From Pseudomonadota bacterium (GTDB taxonomy: Bacteria; Pseudomonadota; Alphaproteobacteria; RF32; CAG-239), in the NCBI GenBank assembly GCA_918234285.1, contig CAKJXZ020000003.1, positions 32,001-96,000 of the forward strand: a stretch of 64,000 bases of DNA, in the 5' to 3' direction. Shown here piece after piece: positions 1-8,431 of the stretch. Within the stretch, counting starts at the first letter, position 1, and each line of letters opens with the position of its first letter. The notes under the pieces are model-generated. The model ran no database searches and was not told where the DNA came from. It was given only the letters and a program-made list of their open reading frames with translations. The translations under genes were made by a program, and so were the position numbers.

Positions 1-505
1 CAACCAGCGCCACCACGATTTTGCCGTTATCCGCCTGATTCTGCTTTTTGATAATGGCGGTGTCGCCATCCAAAATTCCGGCTTCCACCATCGAGTTGCC
101 CTCAACCTTCAGCGCATAAAACTGCCCCTTATCCACCATATTGAAAGGCACGGCAATCGTTTCGGTTTCATCGGCCAAGGCCTCAATCGGCTGACCGGCG
201 GCGATTTTGCCGTAAAGCGGAATCTGCACCGAACCGTTTTGAATGGCCTGCTCGCGCTTTTTTTCTTCATCAATTATCGCCTGCGGCTTAAAACGCGGCA
301 TCCGTACCACTTCCATCGCGCGTGCCTTATGCGGCAAACGGCGAATAAAGTTACGTTCTTCCAAAGAAGTTATCAAAGCATGGATTCCCGATTTTGATTT
401 CAGCCCGATGGCATCTTTCATCTCATCAAACGACGGACATTGTCCGGTTTCACGATTAACTTTATTGATAAACATGAGTAAATTGTATTGTTTTTCTGTC
501 AGCAT
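1..505 (-). CDS. lexA: SOS repressor LexA (3' end runs off window; not in ORF track)
   Basis: Manual translation from ATG at 505: MLTEKQYNLLMFINK...CPSFDEMKDAIGLKSKSGIH...RLPHKARAMEV...PLYGKIAAG...VEGNSMVEAGILDGD; HTH, Ala-Gly cleavage site and catalytic Ser motif present. Confidence 0.95.
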   Translation of the reverse strand, partial: MLTEKQYNLLMFINKVNRETGQCPSFDEMKDAIGLKSKSGIHALITSLEERNFIRRLPHKARAMEVVRMPRFKPQAIIDEEKKREQAIQNGSVQIPLYGKIAAGQPIEALADETETIAVPFNMVDKGQFYALKVEGNSMVEAGILDGDTAIIKKQNQADNGKIVVALV

Positions 506-527
506 CGACACTCTCCCATGAAAATTT

Positions 528-542
528 GTTCTATTTTAGTTC
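528..542. promoter_or_regulatory. Alphaproteobacterial LexA (SOS) box GTTC-N7-GTTC
   Basis: GTTC-TATTTTA-GTTC 22 bp upstream of lexA start; matches the alpha-class consensus for autoregulation. Confidence 0.9.
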
Positions 543-649
543 TGTAAAATTTCAAAAGTCAAGCACTATTTGCGACAACGATAAAAAAAACAATCGCACT
601 AAAATTTCAATAGACTAAGACCAAAATATGTGTTATATTTTCTCCCGAG

Positions 650-1753
650 GTGGAAATGGAAAAAAAAGATTACGTTTGGCTTACCCGCAATACCGATATC
701 GCAAATGTCTGCAACTGTTTTGAAGATTGCGACACGGCACCGGTGGCGTTTAAGTTGTTTCGCGCAACGCACCTGCCGCAGATTCGGCAAATTTTCGCCG
801 AACACAACACCGAGCTGTATCGCGATAAACAAGATACCTGCTGGCTTACCGTTACCGATATGACCATAAGCGATTTTTGCGATATTGCTCTGCAACATAA
901 TTCCGACCTTATATATAACGATGCCGACGGCCGTATTTATTATGACCCGGCGGACCGGCGCAAATATCAGCATTTTCTCCGCCGCAACACCACGCAGACT
1001 CTTTCGCAACTGTCACCGCAAAGAAAGCTGAATATTCTGCTTTCCATCAGCAAAGAATGTTATATGAACCTGCGCGGCAAAGAGCGACATGAAGCGGCGC
1101 TCAACCGACAGGCAGATAAACTTAACGCACTGCTGCAGCTGCCGATATCACCCGAATTTTGGGAAAACGAACAGCGCAAGATTCGCCTGATTACCGCTGA
1201 CATCGCCCAAATCCCGCACATTAAAGAAAAACTTGAAGATTTTAATACATTGAATTTACCGGAACAAAAAAAGCTGTTATATAAGGTTGCAAGCATAACC
1301 GCAAAATACAACCGCATCAAAACTCCGCAGTTTGTACTGCTGACCACCGAACAATTACGGCAGTTTCAGCTTGATAATTGGGTTGAGGCCGACGCCTTTG
1401 CTCTTGATAAAACATTATATATATGCGCCGACAAACTCAAAGAACAAAGCGGGATTCGCTGTTTGGCTCTGGCTTGGCACGAAACTAACCATATTGCCAT
1501 GGCAACCGGAGATTATTCTCGCTTTCCGCCGGTGGAAGATATGTTGAACCCGCGCCTTAATTATATTAACGGCATTGAGCAATCATATATTTTCCACCCA
1601 CAGGAAAAAATAAATTATGCGCTTGAAAAGATGTTTATTGCGGAATGCGCTGCCCGTACCGGAGTTAAAAAACTCGGCAATACCTTTGCGCCGGCGGCGG
1701 AATTTGACGTTGCCGCCCAATATATTGCCCGTTCTTTGCAGAAAAAATACTGA
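650..1753 (+). CDS. Hypothetical protein with HExxH motif (possible Zn-peptidase-like domain)
   Basis: 367-aa ORF, GAGGTGG RBS, LAWHETNH motif; divergent from lexA. Confidence 0.6.
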   Translation: MEMEKKDYVWLTRNTDIANVCNCFEDCDTAPVAFKLFRATHLPQIRQIFAEHNTELYRDKQDTCWLTVTDMTISDFCDIALQHNSDLIYNDADGRIYYDPADRRKYQHFLRRNTTQTLSQLSPQRKLNILLSISKECYMNLRGKERHEAALNRQADKLNALLQLPISPEFWENEQRKIRLITADIAQIPHIKEKLEDFNTLNLPEQKKLLYKVASITAKYNRIKTPQFVLLTTEQLRQFQLDNWVEADAFALDKTLYICADKLKEQSGIRCLALAWHETNHIAMATGDYSRFPPVEDMLNPRLNYINGIEQSYIFHPQEKINYALEKMFIAECAARTGVKKLGNTFAPAAEFDVAAQYIARSLQKKY

Positions 1754-1860
1754 TTTTAAAATTTTTTTCATTTTTTTGCATTTTTTATCTGGATTTACCC
1801 TCAAAAATGTGATATATTCAATTTGTTTCACACTTAACAATTTTTATTTTAGGAGCAATT

Positions 1861-2379
1861 ATGAGTATTAAAAAATTACCATCATTGACGTTTAACGCCG
1901 GAGAATATGTTGTTTATCCGACACATGGTGTCGGTAAGGTATCCGATATTACCAAACAAACGATTGCCGGTACGGAATTAGAAATGTTGGTCGTCAACTT
2001 TGATAAAGATAAAATGACCTTACGGATTCCGACGGCAAAGATTCCGAATGTCGGCTTGCGCAAAATTTCGGACGATAAAACTATGGAAGAAGCTTTTAAT
2101 ACTCTCAGAGGAAAAGCCAGAATCCGCAAGATTATGTGGTCACGTCGGGCTCAGGAATATGAAAATAAAATCAATTCAGGTAACCCGGTAGCTATTGCCG
2201 AAGTTATCAGAGATTTGTACCGCAGTGAAAATATTGCGGAACAATCGTACAGCGAGCGCCAGATATATGAGCAAGCAGTTGACCGTTTGGCTAACGAGGT
2301 TTCGGTATACAGTAATTGCTCGCTTGAAGACGCCAACAAAAAACTAAATGATATTTTATCAAAAGAAAAAGCTGTGTAA
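1861..2379 (+). CDS. carD: CarD/CdnL family RNAP-interacting transcription factor
   Basis: VVYPTHGVG, WSRRAQEYENKINSG, EQSYSERQIYE motifs; AGGAG RBS. Confidence 0.93.
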   Translation: MSIKKLPSLTFNAGEYVVYPTHGVGKVSDITKQTIAGTELEMLVVNFDKDKMTLRIPTAKIPNVGLRKISDDKTMEEAFNTLRGKARIRKIMWSRRAQEYENKINSGNPVAIAEVIRDLYRSENIAEQSYSERQIYEQAVDRLANEVSVYSNCSLEDANKKLNDILSKEKAV

Positions 2380-2427
2380 TTTTCTCCTTTTTTACCGCTT
2401 TATCTGATGATACAGCAACTTCAAAAT

Positions 2428-2462
2428 AAAAACCCCTGCTACGAATAATAGCAGGGGTTTTT
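2428..2462. terminator. Bidirectional intrinsic terminator
   Basis: AAAAACCCCTGCTA...TAGCAGGGGTTTTT between convergent carD and hup. Confidence 0.85.
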
Positions 2463-2480
2463 ATCGAAAAAACGTATTAA

Positions 2481-2753
2481 TTACTTAACAGCTTTCTTCA
2501 AAACAGCACCGGCCTTAAAGCGCGGAGCCTTAGATGCAGGAATTTTGATTTCTTTGCCGGTAGCCGGGTTGTGACCCTTGCGAGCAGCACGCTTAGCTAC
2601 ATCAAATGTACCAAAACCGGTAATCTGAATAGATACACCCTTTTTCAAAGATTTGGTAACAACAGCGATAGCAGCGTTAATTACTTGTGCAGCAGCAACT
2701 TTAGATGCGCCAGCTTCTTTGGCAACGGCATCAACGAATTCAGTTTTATTCAT
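2481..2753 (-). CDS. hup: HU family DNA-binding protein
   Basis: MNKTEFVDAVA...GFGTF...RAARKGHNPATGKEIKIPASKAPRFKAG; 90 aa from ATG at 2753. Confidence 0.95.
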   Translation of the reverse strand: MNKTEFVDAVAKEAGASKVAAAQVINAAIAVVTKSLKKGVSIQITGFGTFDVAKRAARKGHNPATGKEIKIPASKAPRFKAGAVLKKAVK

Positions 2754-2981
2754 TTCATTTCCTTTCTCTAACGTTAAAGTAGAGGCAAACAACCACCTCT
2801 GCCTATAGTCTGAACAATATTTTAGCCAAATGTCAAATAAAATAGCGCATTAATCACAAAAAAATTGCATTTTTCGGCATAAAACGGGCTTTAAAACAAT
2901 TTTTTTGCAAATTTTGTTTTACTTTTTAAATTAAATGAGTTAAAGATTATGTGTCTTAAACCAAAATCAGAAAGGAAAAAG

Positions 2982-3440
2982 ATGAAAGTTTTTTATACTC
3001 TTTGCGTAGTAATCGCTGTTTTCATTTCCGGTTTCTTTGCCGGTTATGTTTATTCGGAACAAATGAATTCCAGAGTTGCCGTGGTAGATGTTGCTAAGGT
3101 TGTGGCAAGCTCCACTCAGGTACAGGGCCTCAAAGCCGAACAAGAAGCACAAAATGCGGAATTGGTACAATGGATTCAAAATGCTCAAAATTCGGTTAAC
3201 GAAGAAAAAGACCAGGAAAAGAAAGAGAAATTGGCTCAGAAGTTAAACGAAGAACTTAATTCTAAGCGCAACGTTTATGCTCAGCGCTATGTTACGGCAT
3301 TACAAGCTATTGAACAAAATATCAATTCTGCCATTACCGATGAAGCTCATAAAAAAGGCTATAAATTCATTATTGCCAAAGGTATGATCCTCGGCGGCGG
3401 TGACGATATTACCGATGACATCGTTAAAGTTGTAAAATAA
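2982..3440 (+). CDS. OmpH/Skp family periplasmic chaperone
   Basis: N-terminal hydrophobic segment, VAVVDVAKV, coiled coil, C-terminal GGDDITDDIV. Confidence 0.75.
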   Translation: MKVFYTLCVVIAVFISGFFAGYVYSEQMNSRVAVVDVAKVVASSTQVQGLKAEQEAQNAELVQWIQNAQNSVNEEKDQEKKEKLAQKLNEELNSKRNVYAQRYVTALQAIEQNINSAITDEAHKKGYKFIIAKGMILGGGDDITDDIVKVVK

Positions 3441-3461
3441 TTTTAAGCGATTCTCAAAAAC

Positions 3462-3491
3462 AAAGACGCGGTCATGAGCCGCGTCTTTTTT
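3462..3491 (+). terminator. Intrinsic terminator
   Basis: AAAGACGCGG-loop-CCGCGTCTTTTTT. Confidence 0.8.
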
Positions 3492-3502
3492 ATTGGCTTA
3501 AA

Positions 3503-3570
3503 TAAAGAAAAGCGTTGTTAAAAAGATGCCAGTCATTCTGAGTGAAGCACCAACGAAACGAAGAATCCAA
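3503..3570. repeat. Left half of GTCATTCTGAG...GAAGAATCC REP-like element plus flank, also present at 6992-7050
   Basis: TAAAGAAAAG(C/T)GTTGTTAAAA...GTCATTCTGAG...CGAAGAATCCAA at both loci. Confidence 0.65.
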
Positions 3571-3635
3571 AAGCAGTACATAAAAAAAGAGGAACTTCAA
3601 AGAAAAGAAATCCCCCTTAAATATCAGCCTACCTT

Positions 3636-4084
3636 AAAACTCGGATAGCGAGGCGATTGCGAAGCGGAATTTTTGACGCCGTGTATAAGGCAGTACACAA
3701 AAAAGGATTCCCAAACAAAGGAATCCTTTTCGTATTGGCACGGCCTCGCCAAAACTCGGATAGCGTGGCGATTGCGAAGTGAAATTTTTGACGCCGTGTA
3801 CAAGGCAGTACACAAAAAAGGATTCCTAAACAAAGGAATCTTTTTCGTATTGGCACGGCCTCGCCAAAACTCGGATAGCGTGGCGATTGCGAAGCGGAAT
3901 TTTTGACGCCGTGTATAAGGCAGTACACAAAAAAGGATTCCCAAACAAAGGAATCCTTTTCGTATTGGCACGGCCCCGCCAAAACTCAGATAGCGAGGCG
4001 ATTGCGAAGTGAAATTTTTGACGCCGTGTACAAGGTGGTACACAAGGAAAAAATTTCCGAGCAATCGCCCGCTAGACGAGTTTT
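3636..4084. repeat. Tandem array of 115-bp units ending in a complete palindromic (RPE-like) element
   Basis: Units start AAAACTC at 3636, 3751, 3866, 3981; units 1-3 contain hairpin AAAAAAGGATTCC..GGAATC(C/T)TTTT; unit 4 closes with GAGTTTT. Confidence 0.95.
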
Positions 4085-4086
4085 AA

Positions 4087-6768
4087 TTAAGCAGCTTTGT
4101 TTACTTTGTGCTCCTTCTGAGTCTTTCCGAACTTCACCGCAGCTTGAGCGGCAGCCAAACGAGCTACCGGTACACGGAACGGCGAGCAGGAAACATAGTC
4201 CAAACCGCACTGTTGGAAGAACTCGATGGATTTCGGATCACCACCGTGTTCACCGCAAACGCCCAAGAGCAACTCCGGATTCGTTTCACGACCATATTCG
4301 CAAGCACGTTTAACCAGTTTGCCTACACCTTCTACATCAATGGAAGCAAACGGATCGGCAACGTAAATGCCTTTGGAACGATAGCAATCCAAGATAGCGC
4401 CGGTATCATCACGGCTCATACCCAAAGTGGTTTGTGTCAAATCGTTGGTACCGAAACCGAAGAACGCAGCAGAAGCGGCAATTTCTTCAGCCATCAAAGC
4501 GGCACGCGGCAATTCAATCATCGTACCAACTTCGTATTCGATAGACTTGCCTTTTTCGGCGAAAATCTTCTGAGCGGTTGTATCAATGATGTTTTTCACA
4601 ATATCCAATTCTTTCTTGGAGCCGATGAGCGGAACTTCGATTTCCGGAGTAACTTTTACGCCTTCATCGCGGCATTCCATAGCAGCTTCCAAAATAGCAC
4701 GGGTTTGCATTTCGCAGATTTCCGGATAGGTAACAGCCAAACGGCAACCGCGGTGACCGAGCATCGGGTTCATTTCGTGCAAAGAATTCGAGCGATTCTT
4801 TACTTCAGCCAAGGTCTTACCCATCTTGTCGGCCAATTCCTGCATTTCTGCATCGGTATGCGGCAAAAATTCGTGGAGCGGCGGATCGAGCAAACGAATA
4901 ACTACCGGATAGCCGTTCATGGTGCGATACAATTCTTTGAAGTCTTCCTTTTGATACGGCAACAAACGAGCCAAAGCAGCTCTGCGACCTTCTTCGTTAT
5001 CCGACAAAATCATGGTACGCATATCGGAAATACGTTTAGCATCAAAGAACATGTGTTCGGTACGAGCCAAACCGATACCTTCGGCACCAAATTCCAAAGC
5101 CTGTTTGGCGTCAGCCGGAGTTTCGGCATTGGCGCGAACATGCATGGTGCGGATTTCATCAACCCACTTCATAAAGCGACCGAAGTTACCGGAGTTGGTA
5201 TCAGCCTTAACCGTCGGAATTTTACCTTCGATAATCTGACCTTTACCGCCGTCCAAAGATACCCAATCGCCTTCTTTAATGCAAGAACCGGACTTGGTGG
5301 TCATGGTCTTGGAATTGTAGTCGATGGTAATATCAGTAGAACCGGAAACGCACGGAGTACCCATACCTCTGGCCACAACGGCTGCGTGAGAAGTCATACC
5401 GCCGCGAGCGGTAATAACACCTTGCGAAGCGTGCATACCGCCGATATCTTCCGGAGAAGTTTCGTTACGGATAAGGATAACTTTTTCACCCTTGGCAGCC
5501 CAAGCTTCCGCGTCTTCGGCGCAGAATACGGCGCGACCGACAGCGGCACCCGGAGAAGCCGGCAAACCGGTAGCGATAACTTTCTTATCAGCTTTCGGGT
5601 CCAACATCGGGTGCAACAACTGATCGAGCTGATCGGCACCAACGCGCATAATGGCTTCTTCTTTGGTAATCAAACCTTCGTCAAACATTTCAACTGCCAT
5701 ACGAACAGCAGCGGCAGCGGTTCTCTTACCGTTGCGGCATTGCAACATCCACAATTTACCGTGTTCAATGGTGAATTCCATATCCTGCATATCTTTATAG
5801 TGAGCTTCCAAAGCGTTGCGAACATCTACCAACTGCTTATACAGATTCGGCCACAATTCTTCCAAAGAGTTGCCTTCACCTTTTGAGCTCATCGGTTGCG
5901 GAGTACGAATACCGGCCACAACGTCTTCGCCTTGAGCGTTTACAAGATATTCACCGTAGTATTTGTTTTCACCGGTAGCCGGGTCACGCGAGAAGCAAAC
6001 ACCGGTTGCGGAATCGTTACCCGCATTACCGAACACCATGGTCTGTACGTTACAAGCGGTACCCCAGTCACCCGGAATATTGTTCAGCTTACGATAGGTA
6101 ATGGCACGAGCCACGTTCCAAGAACCGAACACGGCACCGATACCGAGCCACAATTGTTCCCACGGATCTTGCGGAACGACTTTGCCCAATTTCTGACCGA
6201 TTTGTTTATATTGATTTACCAATTCCTTCAAATCTTCGGTAGTCAAATCCGTATCAGACTTATAGCCTTTGGATTTTTTCATAGCTTCAAGTGCGCCTTC
6301 GTATTCATCAAGGTCGGCACCTAAAACCACATCGGAGAACATTTGAATAAAACGACGATAAGAGTCGTAAGCAAATCTTTCATTACCCGAAGTTTGCGCC
6401 AAACCTTTAACGCTTTCGTCATTCAAACCGAGGTTCAAAACCGTATCCATCATGCCCGGCATGGAAATTCTGGCGCCGGAACGAACCGAGAACAACAGCG
6501 GATTGCTGTTATCGCCGAACTTTTTGCCCATAATAGCTTCAACGCCGGCAACCGCAGCCTTAACTTGATCTTTCAAATCAGACGGATAAGTATTGTTGTT
6601 GGCATAGTAGTATGTACAAACTTCTGTTGTAACCGTAAATCCCGGAGGAACCGGCAAACCTACCTTGTTCATTTCCGCAAGGTTAGCGCCCTTACCGCCG
6701 AGGAGATTACGCATGTTGGCATCGCCTTCGGCTTTGCCGTTTCCAAATGTATAAACCCATTTACTCAT
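4087..6768 (-). CDS. ppdK: Pyruvate, phosphate dikinase
   Basis: LLGGKGANLAEM, GGMTSHAAVVARG (phospho-His), EMNPMLGHRGCR, GVCGEHGGDP; 893 aa. Confidence 0.98.
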   Translation of the reverse strand: MSKWVYTFGNGKAEGDANMRNLLGGKGANLAEMNKVGLPVPPGFTVTTEVCTYYYANNNTYPSDLKDQVKAAVAGVEAIMGKKFGDNSNPLLFSVRSGARISMPGMMDTVLNLGLNDESVKGLAQTSGNERFAYDSYRRFIQMFSDVVLGADLDEYEGALEAMKKSKGYKSDTDLTTEDLKELVNQYKQIGQKLGKVVPQDPWEQLWLGIGAVFGSWNVARAITYRKLNNIPGDWGTACNVQTMVFGNAGNDSATGVCFSRDPATGENKYYGEYLVNAQGEDVVAGIRTPQPMSSKGEGNSLEELWPNLYKQLVDVRNALEAHYKDMQDMEFTIEHGKLWMLQCRNGKRTAAAAVRMAVEMFDEGLITKEEAIMRVGADQLDQLLHPMLDPKADKKVIATGLPASPGAAVGRAVFCAEDAEAWAAKGEKVILIRNETSPEDIGGMHASQGVITARGGMTSHAAVVARGMGTPCVSGSTDITIDYNSKTMTTKSGSCIKEGDWVSLDGGKGQIIEGKIPTVKADTNSGNFGRFMKWVDEIRTMHVRANAETPADAKQALEFGAEGIGLARTEHMFFDAKRISDMRTMILSDNEEGRRAALARLLPYQKEDFKELYRTMNGYPVVIRLLDPPLHEFLPHTDAEMQELADKMGKTLAEVKNRSNSLHEMNPMLGHRGCRLAVTYPEICEMQTRAILEAAMECRDEGVKVTPEIEVPLIGSKKELDIVKNIIDTTAQKIFAEKGKSIEYEVGTMIELPRAALMAEEIAASAAFFGFGTNDLTQTTLGMSRDDTGAILDCYRSKGIYVADPFASIDVEGVGKLVKRACEYGRETNPELLLGVCGEHGGDPKSIEFFQQCGLDYVSCSPFRVPVARLAAAQAAVKFGKTQKEHKVNKAA

Positions 6769-7020
6769 AATGTGTTAAGCTCCTGTTAGCTGTATTTGTT
6801 AAAACGAAGTCTCGGCTCACAATGAACCGGAACTAAAATCAAAAAAACTTTAATTTGCGTTGAATTTATATCACAAAATCACAATGTTCAAGCAAAATCT
6901 TTGCTTTGAACGTAAAAAAATGGTTAATTTTTCGATACTTGCCGAAATATATGTCAAAGTCTGTATTTTGTCGGCTTTTTACACGCGCAAGTAAAGAAAA
7001 GTGTTGTTAAAAGACTAAAC

Positions 7021-7126
7021 GTCATTCTGAGGCATAGCCGAAGAATCCAATCGTTTCGCAAGAAACGATGTGATGCTTTGCATCACCGGATACTTCCACT
7101 TCACTAATGTTCAGTGTCAGTATGAC
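7021..7126. repeat. REP-like palindromic element (GTCATTCTGA...TCAGTATGAC)
   Basis: Imperfect terminal inverted repeat; GAAGAATCC/GGATACTTC pairing; internal hairpins ATCGTTTC..GAAACGAT and GTGATGC..GCATCAC. Confidence 0.75.
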
Positions 7127-7211
7127 GATAAAACAATGTGTTGTATAACAAAAAAACACCCCATCCGCCACACGATGAAGGTGTTTTTTTTATAAAACTT
7201 TGCCCGTCTAT

Positions 7212-8237
7212 TTAAGCGGCCTTATTTTTGCTTGATTTTGACGGTGCGGTTTCATTCAAAAAACCGAGTTTTTCCTCAACCTCCCAAATCACGCGCAAGG
7301 CGGCAAGGGCTTGTTCGCCGTTAACTCGTGGAGTTGCCTCGCCGTTGACGCACTTAACAAAGTGATTAAGTTCGGCCAACAGCGGCTGATTAGTCGGAAT
7401 AAACAGCTGTTCCACACTGCCTTTCAAGCCGTAATTCATCCATTCCGGAATTTCTTCCTGATTAACGAACGGCATACGTCCCTGCGAATGAACATTAATA
7501 CTCTGGTTGATAAAATCCATGTCGATATAGTTGGTATCGGTCGTAACCGTCAGAGTGCGCACGCGCGATTGCGTAATGCGGCTGGCCGTAATATTGGCGG
7601 TTGCGCCGTTGGCAAATTCGAGCAATGCCGTAATATAGTCCTTACCGAGCGGGCTTTCTTTGGTCTTTACCGAAGCAGTCTGTACGTTAATAACCGGAGA
7701 TTGCACCAAAGATTGAATAACTTCCACGTCGTGAATCATCAAATCCATCGCCACGTCAACATCGGTAATACGTCCGCTGGCAGCCGACATGCGTTGCGCC
7801 GTAATCGAACGAATTTTGGAGGTATCCGAAAGCAGTTTACCCATTTGTTCCACCGCCGGATTAAAGCGTTCGATATGCCCCACCATCAATACCACATTGT
7901 TTTTCTTGGCGGCGTTAATCAGGCGCATACAACCTTCTTCGGTGGTGGCGAGCGGCTTTTCCATCATACAATGAATACCGTGATTCATAAAAAACTCGCC
8001 GACGTCGGCGTGCGTTACCGATGTGGTTACAACGCTTACGGCGTCAACATTGGCGGCCACTTCTTCCATAGAAGAAAATGCCTTTATGCCAAACGCTTCC
8101 GCCGCCGCTTTCGCTGCTTCCGGAAAAATGTCGTAAACGCCGACAAGCTCTACGCCCTGCATGGTTTTGTATGTTTTGATATGATTTTTACCCATCATAC
8201 CGGCACCGATAACGGCGACTTTTACTGTATTGGTCAT
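7212..8237 (-). CDS. Gfo/Idh/MocA family oxidoreductase
   Basis: VAVIGAGMMG, EKPLA, VGHIERFNPA, DLMIHD motifs. Confidence 0.92.
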   Translation of the reverse strand: MTNTVKVAVIGAGMMGKNHIKTYKTMQGVELVGVYDIFPEAAKAAAEAFGIKAFSSMEEVAANVDAVSVVTTSVTHADVGEFFMNHGIHCMMEKPLATTEEGCMRLINAAKKNNVVLMVGHIERFNPAVEQMGKLLSDTSKIRSITAQRMSAASGRITDVDVAMDLMIHDVEVIQSLVQSPVINVQTASVKTKESPLGKDYITALLEFANGATANITASRITQSRVRTLTVTTDTNYIDMDFINQSINVHSQGRMPFVNQEEIPEWMNYGLKGSVEQLFIPTNQPLLAELNHFVKCVNGEATPRVNGEQALAALRVIWEVEEKLGFLNETAPSKSSKNKAA

Positions 8238-8431
8238 CAAAAATCCTTTTGTATTTAGCTAAATTACGAATTATGCCACGATATATAGCACATTTTTCGC
8301 GCGCGCGCACTTAACAAGTTGTTACAAAATGTTACAAAGCACGTAAGCTACTGTAATACAAATATATTATACTGTTAATAAGACACAAAAAAGGCCGGCA
8401 TCAAACCGACCTTTTCGTAATTTGCTTACAA

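Noticed and set aside
3636-4084. CRISPR array or protein-coding ORFs (3624..4064, 3629..3982, 3673..3906) in the repeat
   Set aside because: Whole units are near-identical with no unique spacers and no cas genes nearby; the 115-bp period is not a multiple of 3, and the ORFs are by-products without RBS
4108-5886. 592-aa plus-strand ORF
   Set aside because: Antisense shadow of ppdK with no recognisable motifs; the same applies to 37135..38643, 21097..22284 and 7311..8258
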